This document shows, one piece after another, positions 39,111 through 48,284 of a stretch of 64,000 nucleotides of DNA; the first letter of the stretch is position 1; every line of letters starts with the position of its first letter. Origin of the DNA: Minisyncoccota bacterium (lineage in GTDB: Bacteria; Patescibacteriota; Minisyncoccia; Phycocordibacterales; UBA2100); NCBI GenBank assembly GCA_022842645.1, contig JALHPE010000001.1, forward strand, positions 199,711 to 263,710. Reading direction: 5' to 3'. A program made the position numbers and the translations under genes. The notes below the pieces were generated by a model. The model was given only the letters and a program-made list of their open reading frames with translations. It was not told the origin of the DNA and searched no databases.

Positions 39111-39800
39111 TTACCCCAAGAGACCCCAGCCACTCGCCTCCCCCCGGTCTTTTGCACAGAGGAGTTGTATGTTCTTGCCGCTTTGCACAAAACGCAGACC
39201 ACTTTGCAGCTTACACGCAGCGCAGCGGCCTTTGGCTTTTTCCCATGCGGCCGCTTTGACAGAAGCGCTCAGGAATCGCTCTTCTTCAAGAACTAGGTCA
39301 CGATCGTTCCTCTCACTGTTTGCCGGCAAGAGCAAGAATTTGAATACTTTCCGCCCGCCTTCGGTTACGCCAACTGCATCCACGAGATCAAAGATGCCTT
39401 TGTCAAACCACACACCAGGATCGAGCTTTTCATACACCTGCACTTGCAACGGCTCGGCCCGAGTGCCGTCTTTGAATGCATGTGCAGCCTTATAAAACTT
39501 CCCGTTCTCGGTGAGTTTTTCGCCGCCATACATAAGAAGCTGATCGAGCGATTTCCCGCCCGTTTCTTTTGTGATCGAATCGTGTCCCTCAAAGGTGAGA
39601 CGGAGCTTCTTCGCATCCCACGCGTCCTTAAATTCCCCATCTTCTTTTGCCAAGACGAGAAAGACACTGAGCGCTTCGTCTTTGTCACGAAAGTTCATGC
39701 TCTTCTGAAGCATTAATCCTTCGCGCTCCATAAGTTCACTCGCGGAAAGAATTGAGGTGGGGCGCTTCGGCACATGCACCTCGCCGAGAAAATTGGACAT
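39111..39800 (-). CDS. SRA-like/HNH nuclease homolog with a degenerate HNH motif
   Basis: LQKSMNFR, FEGHD, LTENGKF..AA, VYEK...G.W, RKVFKF, then VK...W....GRCAAC...L.F[gap]NIQLLCA with no DHxxP. Confidence 0.6.
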   Translation of the reverse strand: MSNFLGEVHVPKRPTSILSASELMEREGLMLQKSMNFRDKDEALSVFLVLAKEDGEFKDAWDAKKLRLTFEGHDSITKETGGKSLDQLLMYGGEKLTENGKFYKAAHAFKDGTRAEPLQVQVYEKLDPGVWFDKGIFDLVDAVGVTEGGRKVFKFLLLPANSERNDRDLVLEEERFLSASVKAAAWEKAKGRCAACKLQSGLRFVQSGKNIQLLCAKDRGEASGWGLLG

Positions 39801-39858
39801 CGGAATATAGTACACGATTGCACCCGTCGAGAACGAGGTCTTCTAAATTCCCTCGAGG

Positions 39859-40161
39859 CTACCGCATGATGTCTTTCACCTGTGCCGGATCAAGACCCGC
39901 TTTTTCGTATGCACTGTCGGGGATGCGAGCGAGCGCATACGAGACAACAAGGAGTGTGAAAGTAACATCATCAATCTGTCCCACAAGCGGTACGAGATCG
40001 GGAAGAATGTCGAATGGGAAAATGACGTACCCAATGACAGCAAGGAGTAGTACTTTTGCAAGCATTGGCGTTTCAGCACTCAGCATGAGTCGGAGTGTAC
40101 GTAGCGGATGCCGGATGAACATACGCATCTTCCAGATGAGGGCAATGTGTTTTATCTGCAT
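39859..40161 (-). CDS. DUF1232/YkvA family membrane protein
   Basis: YVIFPFDILPDLVPLVGQIDD. Confidence 0.88.
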   Translation of the reverse strand: MQIKHIALIWKMRMFIRHPLRTLRLMLSAETPMLAKVLLLAVIGYVIFPFDILPDLVPLVGQIDDVTFTLLVVSYALARIPDSAYEKAGLDPAQVKDIMR

Positions 40162-40170
40162 AGGGTGGAA

Positions 40171-40584
40171 TTACAACACTTCGACGTACTTCTTGAAATT
40201 ATCCAAAATACCCTGCCACCCTTCTTTTTGCATTTCGATGGGGTTCTCACTCTCGGAATCAAAGATGGTTTTTATGTAGGTACTATTCCCCATTTCTTCA
40301 AACACGACTGTTGCGATGCGACCATCGTCCATGGTGTAAGCAATGCGCTGACGCGGCACTACTTCGTCGTACGTGCCAGCAAAATCGAATCCTTCTGAGC
40401 CGTCTTTCGACTCCATGCGCGTATTAAATTTTCCTCCCGCACGCAGATCATTCTCCGCACGCGGTGCATGCCAATCATCTGATGCAAACGCCCACTTGAT
40501 TATGTGCTCGGGCTTCGTGAACGCATCCCACACTTTCTCAATAGAGTCGTTGATTATAACTTCCACCGCGATTTTTTCTGCCAT
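40171..40584 (-). CDS. SRPBCC/AHSA1 family protein
   Basis: KVWDAFT.PEHI..W.FASDDWH.P, GFDF.GTY, Q.EGWQ.ILDNF. Confidence 0.9.
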   Translation of the reverse strand: MAEKIAVEVIINDSIEKVWDAFTKPEHIIKWAFASDDWHAPRAENDLRAGGKFNTRMESKDGSEGFDFAGTYDEVVPRQRIAYTMDDGRIATVVFEEMGNSTYIKTIFDSESENPIEMQKEGWQGILDNFKKYVEVL

Positions 40585-40655
40585 AGCGCGAGTATACATC
40601 GCCTGTAATAAAAAGCCGCCAGTGTACTGGCGGCTTTATCTTTTGTGCACGAATC

Positions 40656-41813
40656 TTATGTTCGTGTTTTTTTTCTTTCCATGAGCTGCATGACCTCTGC
40701 CGATGTAGCACGTTTTGAGTTGCGAATACCGGTGAGTATCTTTATGAGGCCGTCAAAGACGGCTTGTGCGTCTTTGAGTTTCTGGATGAACACGTCGATA
40801 TCTTCCCGAGAAGAATTGTCGAACACGCGTCTGAATTCTCCCGGAGACCAATCGATGATTGATGATCCAACGACTTCACTCGCAAGATTCGCCAGTATGT
40901 CCTTGCGACGCGCTGGTTGATAACGCGTCGTTTTCCGGGGATACAAACGCCCAGCACTGAATCGCAGCGTGCGATCGTGTATAAACTCGGCAGCGCGCAC
41001 CGAATTGAGTTTGCGCGTCACGATCACGTGTGCCAAGAGTTTTTGCATCGCAAATCTGCGAGCATCCTCATCAAGCTTCTCGAATGAATCGTGCCCGGTG
41101 ACCTGTGTCGCATTCACCGTGTCGGCAAAATTGACCGCAAGATCCTCAAGCTCCTGCGCTGTGGGCGCTTTCAATCCGCCAAGAATCCCGGCCGGATACA
41201 TCGGAAGCAACCGCTTCTTACCGTGGGAATCCAATGCGAGAAGCTGGTGCAGATCGGGATGAAGCTTCGTGAGATTAATACGGTTATGCGCCGTCTGCTG
41301 ATTAATACCATGCGCATCAGCAATTTGCGCTATAGTTTTACCAGCTTTTTTCTCCCGAAGATAGTCGAATCCTTGTTCAAGCTCCGTGAGATCATCACGA
41401 CACGAATTCAGGACTCCACCGTCAGTACGGTGCATAGGCTCGTTTTGGTAGATACGAATGCGCACCGGAACGGCGCGTAATTCCGCTTTCAGCGCCGCCT
41501 CGACCCTTCGGTGGCCACTCACGATAACGTGTGAAAGATGCTCATGCCGTGGCTCGACGCGAGCCCACGGAGCGTGCGCACGTGGAGTGATGGTGATTAC
41601 TTCTCTCACTCCGCAGGTCGCGATGCTTTTTTCAAGCTCAGCGAGCTTCGTCGGATTCATTCGCTTGCGTGGCTGGTCAGGATCAGGCGCGAGTAACCGC
41701 GGATCCATGTAGCCAGTAGTATCGTTGTGCGCCCACCATGGCTCGGGTGTTTCAGAAGTGAGCACCTGAGTACCATCAGGAAGCGTGACGTGTTTCTGCG
41801 TTTTGGTAAGCAT
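40656..41813 (-). CDS. Orphan ParB/Srx-domain protein with HTH
   Basis: PDPDQPRK, LAEL.KSI...G, IVSGHRRV.AA, HTH IAQIADAHGINQQT; SD AAGGAG before ATG 41813. Confidence 0.82.
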   Translation of the reverse strand: MLTKTQKHVTLPDGTQVLTSETPEPWWAHNDTTGYMDPRLLAPDPDQPRKRMNPTKLAELEKSIATCGVREVITITPRAHAPWARVEPRHEHLSHVIVSGHRRVEAALKAELRAVPVRIRIYQNEPMHRTDGGVLNSCRDDLTELEQGFDYLREKKAGKTIAQIADAHGINQQTAHNRINLTKLHPDLHQLLALDSHGKKRLLPMYPAGILGGLKAPTAQELEDLAVNFADTVNATQVTGHDSFEKLDEDARRFAMQKLLAHVIVTRKLNSVRAAEFIHDRTLRFSAGRLYPRKTTRYQPARRKDILANLASEVVGSSIIDWSPGEFRRVFDNSSREDIDVFIQKLKDAQAVFDGLIKILTGIRNSKRATSAEVMQLMERKKTRT

Positions 41814-41967
41814 GTCCGTCTCCTTGGGTAAGAGTGGATGCATGGCCTGTCGAAGAACAGACTGCCCGCAGGATACCTGCAAGGTGTAGAAAAACCACTT
41901 GTGCGTGAGCTACATCCATTGAATGATCTCGAGACTTTCATCTTCGTATATTGCTATACTGGACTCG

Positions 41968-42447
41968 ATGGCAGACAAAAACTACGTTGACTGGCTACGT
42001 AAAAAAGTTGGTACGGAACCAGTGATACTCAACGCCGCAAATGCAATCATAGCGGACGAAAAAGGCGATGTGCTTTTTATGCGCCGCGGCGATTTTGCAG
42101 CAAGCCCCGTGTGGGGACTCCCTGGGGGCATGCTCGAACTCGAAGAATCTGCAGAAACCGCCGTGCGCCGTGAAGTGTTGGAAGAAACAGGGCTTGAAGT
42201 AATGGCAACAGAATTCCTTGGCACCTACACCAACAACCCAATTGTTTCGTACCCAAACGGCGACCAGTGCAAAATTATATTGTTTGTATTTGTCTGCACC
42301 GTCGCATCAGGCACCTTGCAGGCAGATGGGAAAGAATCGCTCGAGCTTGGCTTCTATAATCCTAAGACTCCCCCACCTCTGTTTCGCCCATACATTCAAA
42401 ATATTCTTGACGATTTTGTGGCAGGCAAACGCGGATTGCTACGATAA
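41968..42447 (+). CDS. NUDIX hydrolase
   Basis: WGLPGGMLELEESAETAVRREVLEETGL, YPNGD. Confidence 0.92.
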   Translation: MADKNYVDWLRKKVGTEPVILNAANAIIADEKGDVLFMRRGDFAASPVWGLPGGMLELEESAETAVRREVLEETGLEVMATEFLGTYTNNPIVSYPNGDQCKIILFVFVCTVASGTLQADGKESLELGFYNPKTPPPLFRPYIQNILDDFVAGKRGLLR

Positions 42448-42690
42448 ACGCCTCTGGCTCAGATGCCAGAGGCGCGCTATTTACCTCACAGACAGTGCGG
42501 CAATTCTCTGCACTCCACGTAATCGAAGAAAAGTTTCATACGCACCTAGCGCAATGAAGCGTTCCCACGATTCTCCCGCCGCAACACAAAATCGTATTTC
42601 CGTATTATGAAGCATAAAACCACGAGGAGGCGTATAGAAAAAGGTCGGCATTTTGATGCCGACCTTTCTTCTTGTATGCAAGCTATGTAC

Positions 42691-43047
42691 TCAGCCGCAG
42701 TTACCAGCAGCGGCAACTGCTTGCGCTTTCGCGGCTCCTTCACACGCTCCAATGCAGGCCGGGTTTGCCGGTCCAGTTGTCAAAACGCACGCGACACACG
42801 CATAAGTTGCGCCCGTTGCAATGGCCTTGATGTTTGCACATTGCTGACAGACTGCCTTCCTGGCTTCACAGACCGGATCTTTTCCTTCCTGTATGCAACC
42901 ACCGTCCCCGAGGGGAGGGCTGGGACGATGCAGTAGGCATCGATGACATTCCTCATCTGGATTGCAGGCGGCACTCGCTGGAGTGGACATCATGAATGCA
43001 CTACATAATCCGAGCACGACAACCATGCCGAGCAGAACTTTCTTCAT
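42691..43047 (-). CDS. Small secreted cysteine-rich protein
   Basis: SD GAGGAG, signal peptide ending ASA, 12 Cys in the ~92-aa mature part. Confidence 0.7.
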   Translation of the reverse strand: MKKVLLGMVVVLGLCSAFMMSTPASAACNPDEECHRCLLHRPSPPLGDGGCIQEGKDPVCEARKAVCQQCANIKAIATGATYACVACVLTTGPANPACIGACEGAAKAQAVAAAGNCG

Positions 43048-43161
43048 CAGATATACTCCTCTTTCAAGAATCGACCCCGCTCTTTGTGCATTCACACGCC
43101 ACGAGGTCGGCGGAACAGTACCATCCCTTTCGAGAGTTGCCTAGGCACTGTTCGACATTAC

Positions 43162-43523
43162 TTACATCCATCGCATATCTTTTTCCTTTGAAACCTTCAC
43201 ACGATACTTTGCGATTTTGAGAATGAGCGCTGTCGGGAGTGGCGTATCAAAGGAAAATTTAATAACGGACTTGCTCGTTGCATACCCTTTTAACTCTTTA
43301 GTAAAAACTTTCACTACCGGCGGCGTTGGCATGAGGGAGACATGTGTTTTGAACGCATCGTAGGCAAAGAGGACATATTTATGCGCGAGCGTGGGTACTC
43401 CCCACTTGATCGCCTCCGTCGCGCCCAGCGCGGCTTTCTTGAGAATCGCGCGCATCTCACGAGGCTTCCTCTGTCCTTCGACGCCTGAGCGATATATTCA
43501 GCGACGGTTTCTGGTTCTGCCAT
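43162..43523 (-). pseudogene. DUF1801/YdhG-like gene with a frameshift near 43475
   Basis: MAEPETVAEYIAQA.. in one frame continues as ..REMRAILKKAA.GATEAIKWGVP...IKF..D.PLP..LI.KI in another. Confidence 0.72.
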
Positions 43524-43524
43524 A

Positions 43525-44058
43525 TTAGTAGTGTTCTGGGTTCTCCAGATGCATAAGCGCCATCCCGATGGCGGTTTTGTTGAACGCTGTGCGGTTAGTG
43601 CGACCTTTTGTCATGATCCCAACAAGGCCTTCGTGTTCGCCAAGTTTGTCGTGCCCCGTGAGTCCGTGCTTTTTCATTGCCTGACTACCGTCGAGACCCT
43701 CATGCAAGATGGAATGAATTACCTTCTTCGGCCACTCGCATCCTTGCGACATGCCAAGGTGTATTTGTTCGCCATCGTAAATAGCACAGATCGCAACCTC
43801 CATGTAGCCGGTTTTTGTGTGAGGAATCGCAATGAGTCCACCCTCGATGCCAAAACCATACTCGCGCCCTATTTGTGCCTGTTTCGCTCGATTGATTGCG
43901 CCAGCAACTGTTTCGTCGATACTCTTTGGGTGTCCAAATTCTTCAACCTGCACGGCGACACTCTCAACTTCTGCATCTTCAAACATCGGGTAGTCTTTTA
44001 GAAGCTCGGCAACAGCATTTACTTTTGTTTTATTCTTCGAACCGATGCCAACGTTCAT
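43525..44058 (-). CDS. Inosine/xanthosine triphosphatase (YjjX/NTPase family)
   Basis: GSKNKTKVNAV, P...ET..GA.NRA, GIEGG, GLVG.MT.G...R. Confidence 0.87.
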   Translation of the reverse strand: MNVGIGSKNKTKVNAVAELLKDYPMFEDAEVESVAVQVEEFGHPKSIDETVAGAINRAKQAQIGREYGFGIEGGLIAIPHTKTGYMEVAICAIYDGEQIHLGMSQGCEWPKKVIHSILHEGLDGSQAMKKHGLTGHDKLGEHEGLVGIMTKGRTNRTAFNKTAIGMALMHLENPEHY

Positions 44059-44078
44059 GACCAGATTATAGCGGAAAC

Positions 44079-44870
44079 CTACTTCAAGTGCTTTGCAAGA
44101 AACGCGAGTGATTTTGTCCACGCGTCGGCTGTTTCTGCGGGGGCATGGTTCGGATTTGAAGGATTCGCGAAGGCGTGGCCGACACCCGGATACATATAAA
44201 TCTCGTTTTCAATGCCAAGTGTATTGAGTGATGTCTCAAACGTTTTTACCATCTCGACAGGGATTATCTGGTCAGCATCGCCGAATACTCCCATAACTGG
44301 CCACGTAATTGGCCCGAGCTGCTCTGTCGTTGTTGCCATACCGCCGCCATAGTAGACAATCGTCGCATCAAGTGGCTCTCCTGAAATCGCAAGATTCACG
44401 GATTGGCGGCCGCCAAAGCACCAGCCCCATGAAGCGACTTTTGTCGCGCCATGGTCGCGGAGGTACTGCACTGCCGCACGCATGTTTGCTGTGCCTGTAG
44501 CTTGATTAAACTGCGCTGTCTTTGCGCGCGCCTCTTCCTGAGTCTCCAGCACATCGCCATTAAAGAGATCGACAGCGAGTACCATATAGCCCTCCCTTGC
44601 AAGGTCCTCTGCTGCTTTTTTGATCTCTGGTCGCAGGCCACGATTTTCATGGATCAAGACAACCCCCGGATATCCGCCAGCTGGCGGACCCGCCTCTGGG
44701 CGAGCAAGGTAGCCAGTCGCGCCTTCAAAATATGACATATCTTGGGTGATAATTTCTATCGCTTGTTGATGTGGTTCTTGCATAGTCAGCTGTGCGGACT
44801 CTGAATAAAGCCAATATCCTCCCCCGAGAAGTATTACCAGAATAACGATGAAGCCTGGGAGGTAGTTCAT
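44079..44870 (-). CDS. Dienelactone hydrolase family protein
   Basis: GVVLIHE, GWCFGG, YPGVGHAFANP. Confidence 0.92.
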   Translation of the reverse strand: MNYLPGFIVILVILLGGGYWLYSESAQLTMQEPHQQAIEIITQDMSYFEGATGYLARPEAGPPAGGYPGVVLIHENRGLRPEIKKAAEDLAREGYMVLAVDLFNGDVLETQEEARAKTAQFNQATGTANMRAAVQYLRDHGATKVASWGWCFGGRQSVNLAISGEPLDATIVYYGGGMATTTEQLGPITWPVMGVFGDADQIIPVEMVKTFETSLNTLGIENEIYMYPGVGHAFANPSNPNHAPAETADAWTKSLAFLAKHLK

Positions 44871-44915
44871 GCATCTAGTATGTCACAGAATTAGGGAGAT
44901 TGTAGGAACTTGCTC

Positions 44916-44954
44916 GCACGAAAAAATCCGCCACATGGACGGATTTTTTCGTGC
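44916..44954 (-). terminator. Terminator of tuf
   Basis: GCACGAAAAAATCCG...CGGATTTTTTCGTGC. Confidence 0.8.
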
Positions 44955-44972
44955 TGAATCTCAGGAGTGAGA

Positions 44973-46172
44973 TTATGCTGTGATCTTTGTCACAACACCT
45001 GCGCCAACCGTTTTACCACCCTCGCGGATAGCAAAACGCTGCTGCTCTTCCATAGCGATTGGACCCACGAGTTTGACCTTGAAGGTAACTGTGTCGCCTG
45101 GCATAACCATCTCCACGCCCTCCTTGAGCGTCACTTCGCCCGTTACGTCCGTTGTGCGGATGTAGAACTGTGGCTTGTAACCCGTGAAGAACGGTGTGTG
45201 ACGGCCGCCTTCCTCCTTGGTGAGGATGTAGACTTCTGCGTCAAAATCAGTGTGCGGCTTAACCGTACCTGACTTCGCGAGAACCTGTCCGCGATGCACG
45301 TCTTCCTTCTTAAGGCCGCGCAGAAGAATACCTGCATTGTCGCCCGCCTGACCCTGCTGGAGGGACTTGTTGAACATTTCAACGCCGGTGACTGTTGTCT
45401 TTGCAGTGTCCTTAATACCGATGATTTCCACTTCTTCACCAACCTTCACAATACCGCGATCGATACGACCCGTAACGACGGTACCGCGACCTTCGATTGA
45501 GAAGACGTCTTCAATTGCCATGAGGAATGGCTTATCGAGCTCACGCACTGGCTCTGGAATGTATTCATCAAGTGCCTTGATGAGCTCCATCACCTTGCCG
45601 GACCATTCGTTTCCTGCCTCAGGCGCTTCAAGCGCCTTAAGACCCGAACCACGGATGATTGGTGCATTCTTTCCGTCGAAGCCCTGCTTATCAAGAAGAT
45701 CGCGCACTTCCTCCTCGACGAGATCAACGAGCTCTTTGTCGTCAACCATGTCTACCTTGTTGAGGAAGACTACAATCTTTGGCACACCCACCTGCTTTGC
45801 AAGAAGGATGTGCTCACGCGTCTGAGGCATAACGCCGTCAGTTGCTGCAACCACGAGAATAGCGCCGTCCATCTGAGCGGCACCTGTGATCATGTTCTTA
45901 ATGTAGTCGGCGTGACCTGGGGCGTCCACGTGTGCGTAGTGACGGCTTGGTGTCTCGTACTCAGAGTGCGAGAGACTAATCGTAATACCGCGCGCCTTTT
46001 CTTCTGGCGCCTTGTCGATGTCGTCCACTCCCTTGACTGACGCGCCGTAGCCGCCGCCCGCCTTCGAGAGGACGTTCAGAATCGCCGCAGTAAGCGTTGT
46101 CTTACCGTGGTCGACGTGACCAATTGTGCCGACATTTACGTGCGGCTTCGTTCGTTGAAATTCTCCTGCCAT
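44973..46172 (-). CDS. tuf: Elongation factor Tu
   Basis: [40 protein letters not shown]. Confidence 0.99.
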   Translation of the reverse strand: MAGEFQRTKPHVNVGTIGHVDHGKTTLTAAILNVLSKAGGGYGASVKGVDDIDKAPEEKARGITISLSHSEYETPSRHYAHVDAPGHADYIKNMITGAAQMDGAILVVAATDGVMPQTREHILLAKQVGVPKIVVFLNKVDMVDDKELVDLVEEEVRDLLDKQGFDGKNAPIIRGSGLKALEAPEAGNEWSGKVMELIKALDEYIPEPVRELDKPFLMAIEDVFSIEGRGTVVTGRIDRGIVKVGEEVEIIGIKDTAKTTVTGVEMFNKSLQQGQAGDNAGILLRGLKKEDVHRGQVLAKSGTVKPHTDFDAEVYILTKEEGGRHTPFFTGYKPQFYIRTTDVTGEVTLKEGVEMVMPGDTVTFKVKLVGPIAMEEQQRFAIREGGKTVGAGVVTKITA

Positions 46173-46350
46173 AAAATTAAATATGACTAATGAATAATGC
46201 GGCTTGCGCCGAGACTGTCGCCAACGCGTTGGGTGCTCCGGTACTTTCTTGCCCTACCCCCTTTGCTTTTGACGCCAGCGGATTGCTAATCCGCACAAAG
46301 GAATTTGAGCAAAGAAATACGCACAGAGCGTGCGTGAACGCATAGTATCA
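46173..46350 (-). promoter_or_regulatory. Promoter and long structured 5' leader of tuf
   Basis: TGaTACTAT at 46350-46342; stems TTCTTTGCTC/GGGCAAGAAA, CCTTTG/CAAAGG, GCGGATT/AATCCGC and CCAAC/GTTGG. Confidence 0.55.
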
Positions 46351-46378
46351 AAATACCCCCTCGGCGCAAGTTGAGAAG

Positions 46379-46438
46379 CTACGCGGCCTGGTGGGAAACG
46401 ACCTCCACATTGTGACCATCCGGATCGATGAGGAGGGC
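46379..46438 (-). repeat. Duplicated 3' end of the VOC gene (direct repeat of 47837-47896)
   Basis: 46386-46429 matches 47844-47887 at 43/44 nt; encodes ALLIDPDGHNVEVVSHQAA* versus AFVIDPDGHNVEVVSHQAE*. Confidence 0.9.
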
Positions 46439-46452
46439 TGCGTCAGAACCCT

Positions 46453-47784
46453 TTACCACACAGAGGTATTAATAAGCACAGACATGACAGCGGCAAGGAG
46501 ATTGGCTACTACGATGTCATTTTTTCCATCGTTATTTACGTCACCGATAGATACATCCATTGGCCCACCAGCAACAGAAAAATTACGTGGCGAGTTGAAC
46601 ATCGCAGCCCCTGTCGTACTGGCGACCAGTACAGAGATAGAATTTCCGCTGAAGTTAGAAACGACAACATCAGGTATACCGTCACCGCTCACATCTCCTG
46701 CTTTCACGCGCCATGGACCAGCTCCGACTGCAAAATTCACACTCGTAGCAAAGGTTCCGTTTCCGTTGTTTCTCAGGAATGAAATGGAGTTTGAGCTATT
46801 GTTCGCAACAACGATATCAGGGCTACCGTTTGAATCGAAATCAGCGGCCGCAACCCCCATAGGATAGCTTCCCACTGAATAAGCAGTGCGTGCATTAAAT
46901 GTGCCTGGCGCGGCCACACCCCTATTAAGAAGTATTGACACTGTCGAATGTCGATATCCATCGGCCCCGACGAGATCGAGGTATCCATCAGCATTGAAAT
47001 CTGCAACTGCCACATCCATCGTAGCAGCACTTGTAGGGTAACTGACTGCAGGTGCAAAAGTACCCGGTGCTACTGCGGCGCGATTTATAAGAATGGTAAA
47101 GGGACCATTGACGTTGGCTATATCCAAGTGACCATCGGCATTGAGATCGCCAAGAGCGACCGCATTGCTTGCGCTCGCATAATTTACTCTGGTGTTAAAC
47201 GTTCCGTTCCCGATACCAGTAAGCACAGACACACTACCTGACGTCCAATTCGAAGTTACCATATCTTGTCGACCATCATTATTGATGTCACCAATCGCTA
47301 CATCCCGCGAACCAGTGCCGATGGAATAATTGACCCGCGGATGAAGGGTTCCCGGCGCACTTGCCCCCCTATTGAGGAATACTGAGATTGTTGTCGCAGA
47401 GCCTCCTGCGCCGAAATTAGGTACGGCGACATCTAGATATCCGTCACCATTAAAGTCCCCCAATTCTACTCCTTGCGAAGATATCCCCGGTGCATACGTG
47501 ACCGGTGACGCAAACGTAACATTATTCGTCCCGCACGCATTTGCCACAACACCACTCGGTGGATTTGTATAAAACGACGCCCACTCAGCAGATGAGACCG
47601 TGGGAACGTACACACTGAGCCCCGTCGTGCTGTTGTTCGTGACCCGACGACAGGTTGAGTGCGCGGTGATCGATTGGTTAGCACCGTGAGTTACTGTGGA
47701 ACTATCTGAAGCTTCGAGAAAAGCGGAAAAGCTAAAGACAATCGCGAGTGAAAGAATTATGCCCGTGAGATGGTCGCGTTGCAT
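46453..47784 (-). CDS. Secreted FG-GAP/VCBS beta-propeller protein with shared N-terminal module
   Basis: Signal peptide, EASDSS..ITAHSTCR..YVPTV..EW.SFYTNPP module, seven D(F/I/L/V)N.DG..D-type repeats. Confidence 0.88.
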   Translation of the reverse strand: MQRDHLTGIILSLAIVFSFSAFLEASDSSTVTHGANQSITAHSTCRRVTNNSTTGLSVYVPTVSSAEWASFYTNPPSGVVANACGTNNVTFASPVTYAPGISSQGVELGDFNGDGYLDVAVPNFGAGGSATTISVFLNRGASAPGTLHPRVNYSIGTGSRDVAIGDINNDGRQDMVTSNWTSGSVSVLTGIGNGTFNTRVNYASASNAVALGDLNADGHLDIANVNGPFTILINRAAVAPGTFAPAVSYPTSAATMDVAVADFNADGYLDLVGADGYRHSTVSILLNRGVAAPGTFNARTAYSVGSYPMGVAAADFDSNGSPDIVVANNSSNSISFLRNNGNGTFATSVNFAVGAGPWRVKAGDVSGDGIPDVVVSNFSGNSISVLVASTTGAAMFNSPRNFSVAGGPMDVSIGDVNNDGKNDIVVANLLAAVMSVLINTSVW

Positions 47785-47836
47785 TTATCAATCATTGCAT
47801 GCGCACTGACGTCGAACTTCCCTTCATGTGAACAAC

Positions 47837-48205
47837 TTACTCTGCCTGGTGGGAAACGACCTCCACATTGTGACCGTCCGGATCGATAACGAAGGCGGCA
47901 TAGTAGTTGGGGTGATATTGCTCGCGGATTCCCGGTGCGCCGTTGTCCTTTCCGCCCGCCGCAAGAGCCGCTGTATAAAAAGCATCGACGGCTGCGCGAT
48001 TGGGTGCGGTGAATGCGAGATGGACGGGGGTGGCTACCGTGCCGATCTCACCTATCCAAAGTTCCCCCTTCCCATTTTTTCCTAAGAAACCCCAGCCTTC
48101 GCCTGAACCTATCCATGCATACCCGAGTGGCGCTAAAGCTTGTTCATAAAATGAGCGTGAGGCCGCGAAGCTCTTCACGCCGAAACCGATGTGATCAAGT
48201 GACAT
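47837..48205 (-). CDS. VOC/glyoxalase family protein
   Basis: LDHIG, FY..ALAPLG, HLAF.A..RAAVDAFY.AALAAGG.DNG.PG.R, DPDGHNVE. Confidence 0.93.
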   Translation of the reverse strand: MSLDHIGFGVKSFAASRSFYEQALAPLGYAWIGSGEGWGFLGKNGKGELWIGEIGTVATPVHLAFTAPNRAAVDAFYTAALAAGGKDNGAPGIREQYHPNYYAAFVIDPDGHNVEVVSHQAE

Positions 48206-48284
48206 ATGAAGAGTGTAGCATTTCGTAATCAATCCTACGTTACAACAACTTACCCCGCGCTCCTGCACCTCCTTTACACAGTGA

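Noticed and set aside
38675-44870. Run of small cassette-like genes (SRPBCC, DUF1801, NUDIX, DUF1232) as an integron array
   Set aside because: I could not identify repeated attC-like sites or an integron integrase, and gene orientations are mixed.
46379-47896. VOC 3'-end duplication as a DGR template/variable repeat pair
   Set aside because: Differences are not confined to adenines, the repeat is short, and no reverse transcriptase is present in the window.
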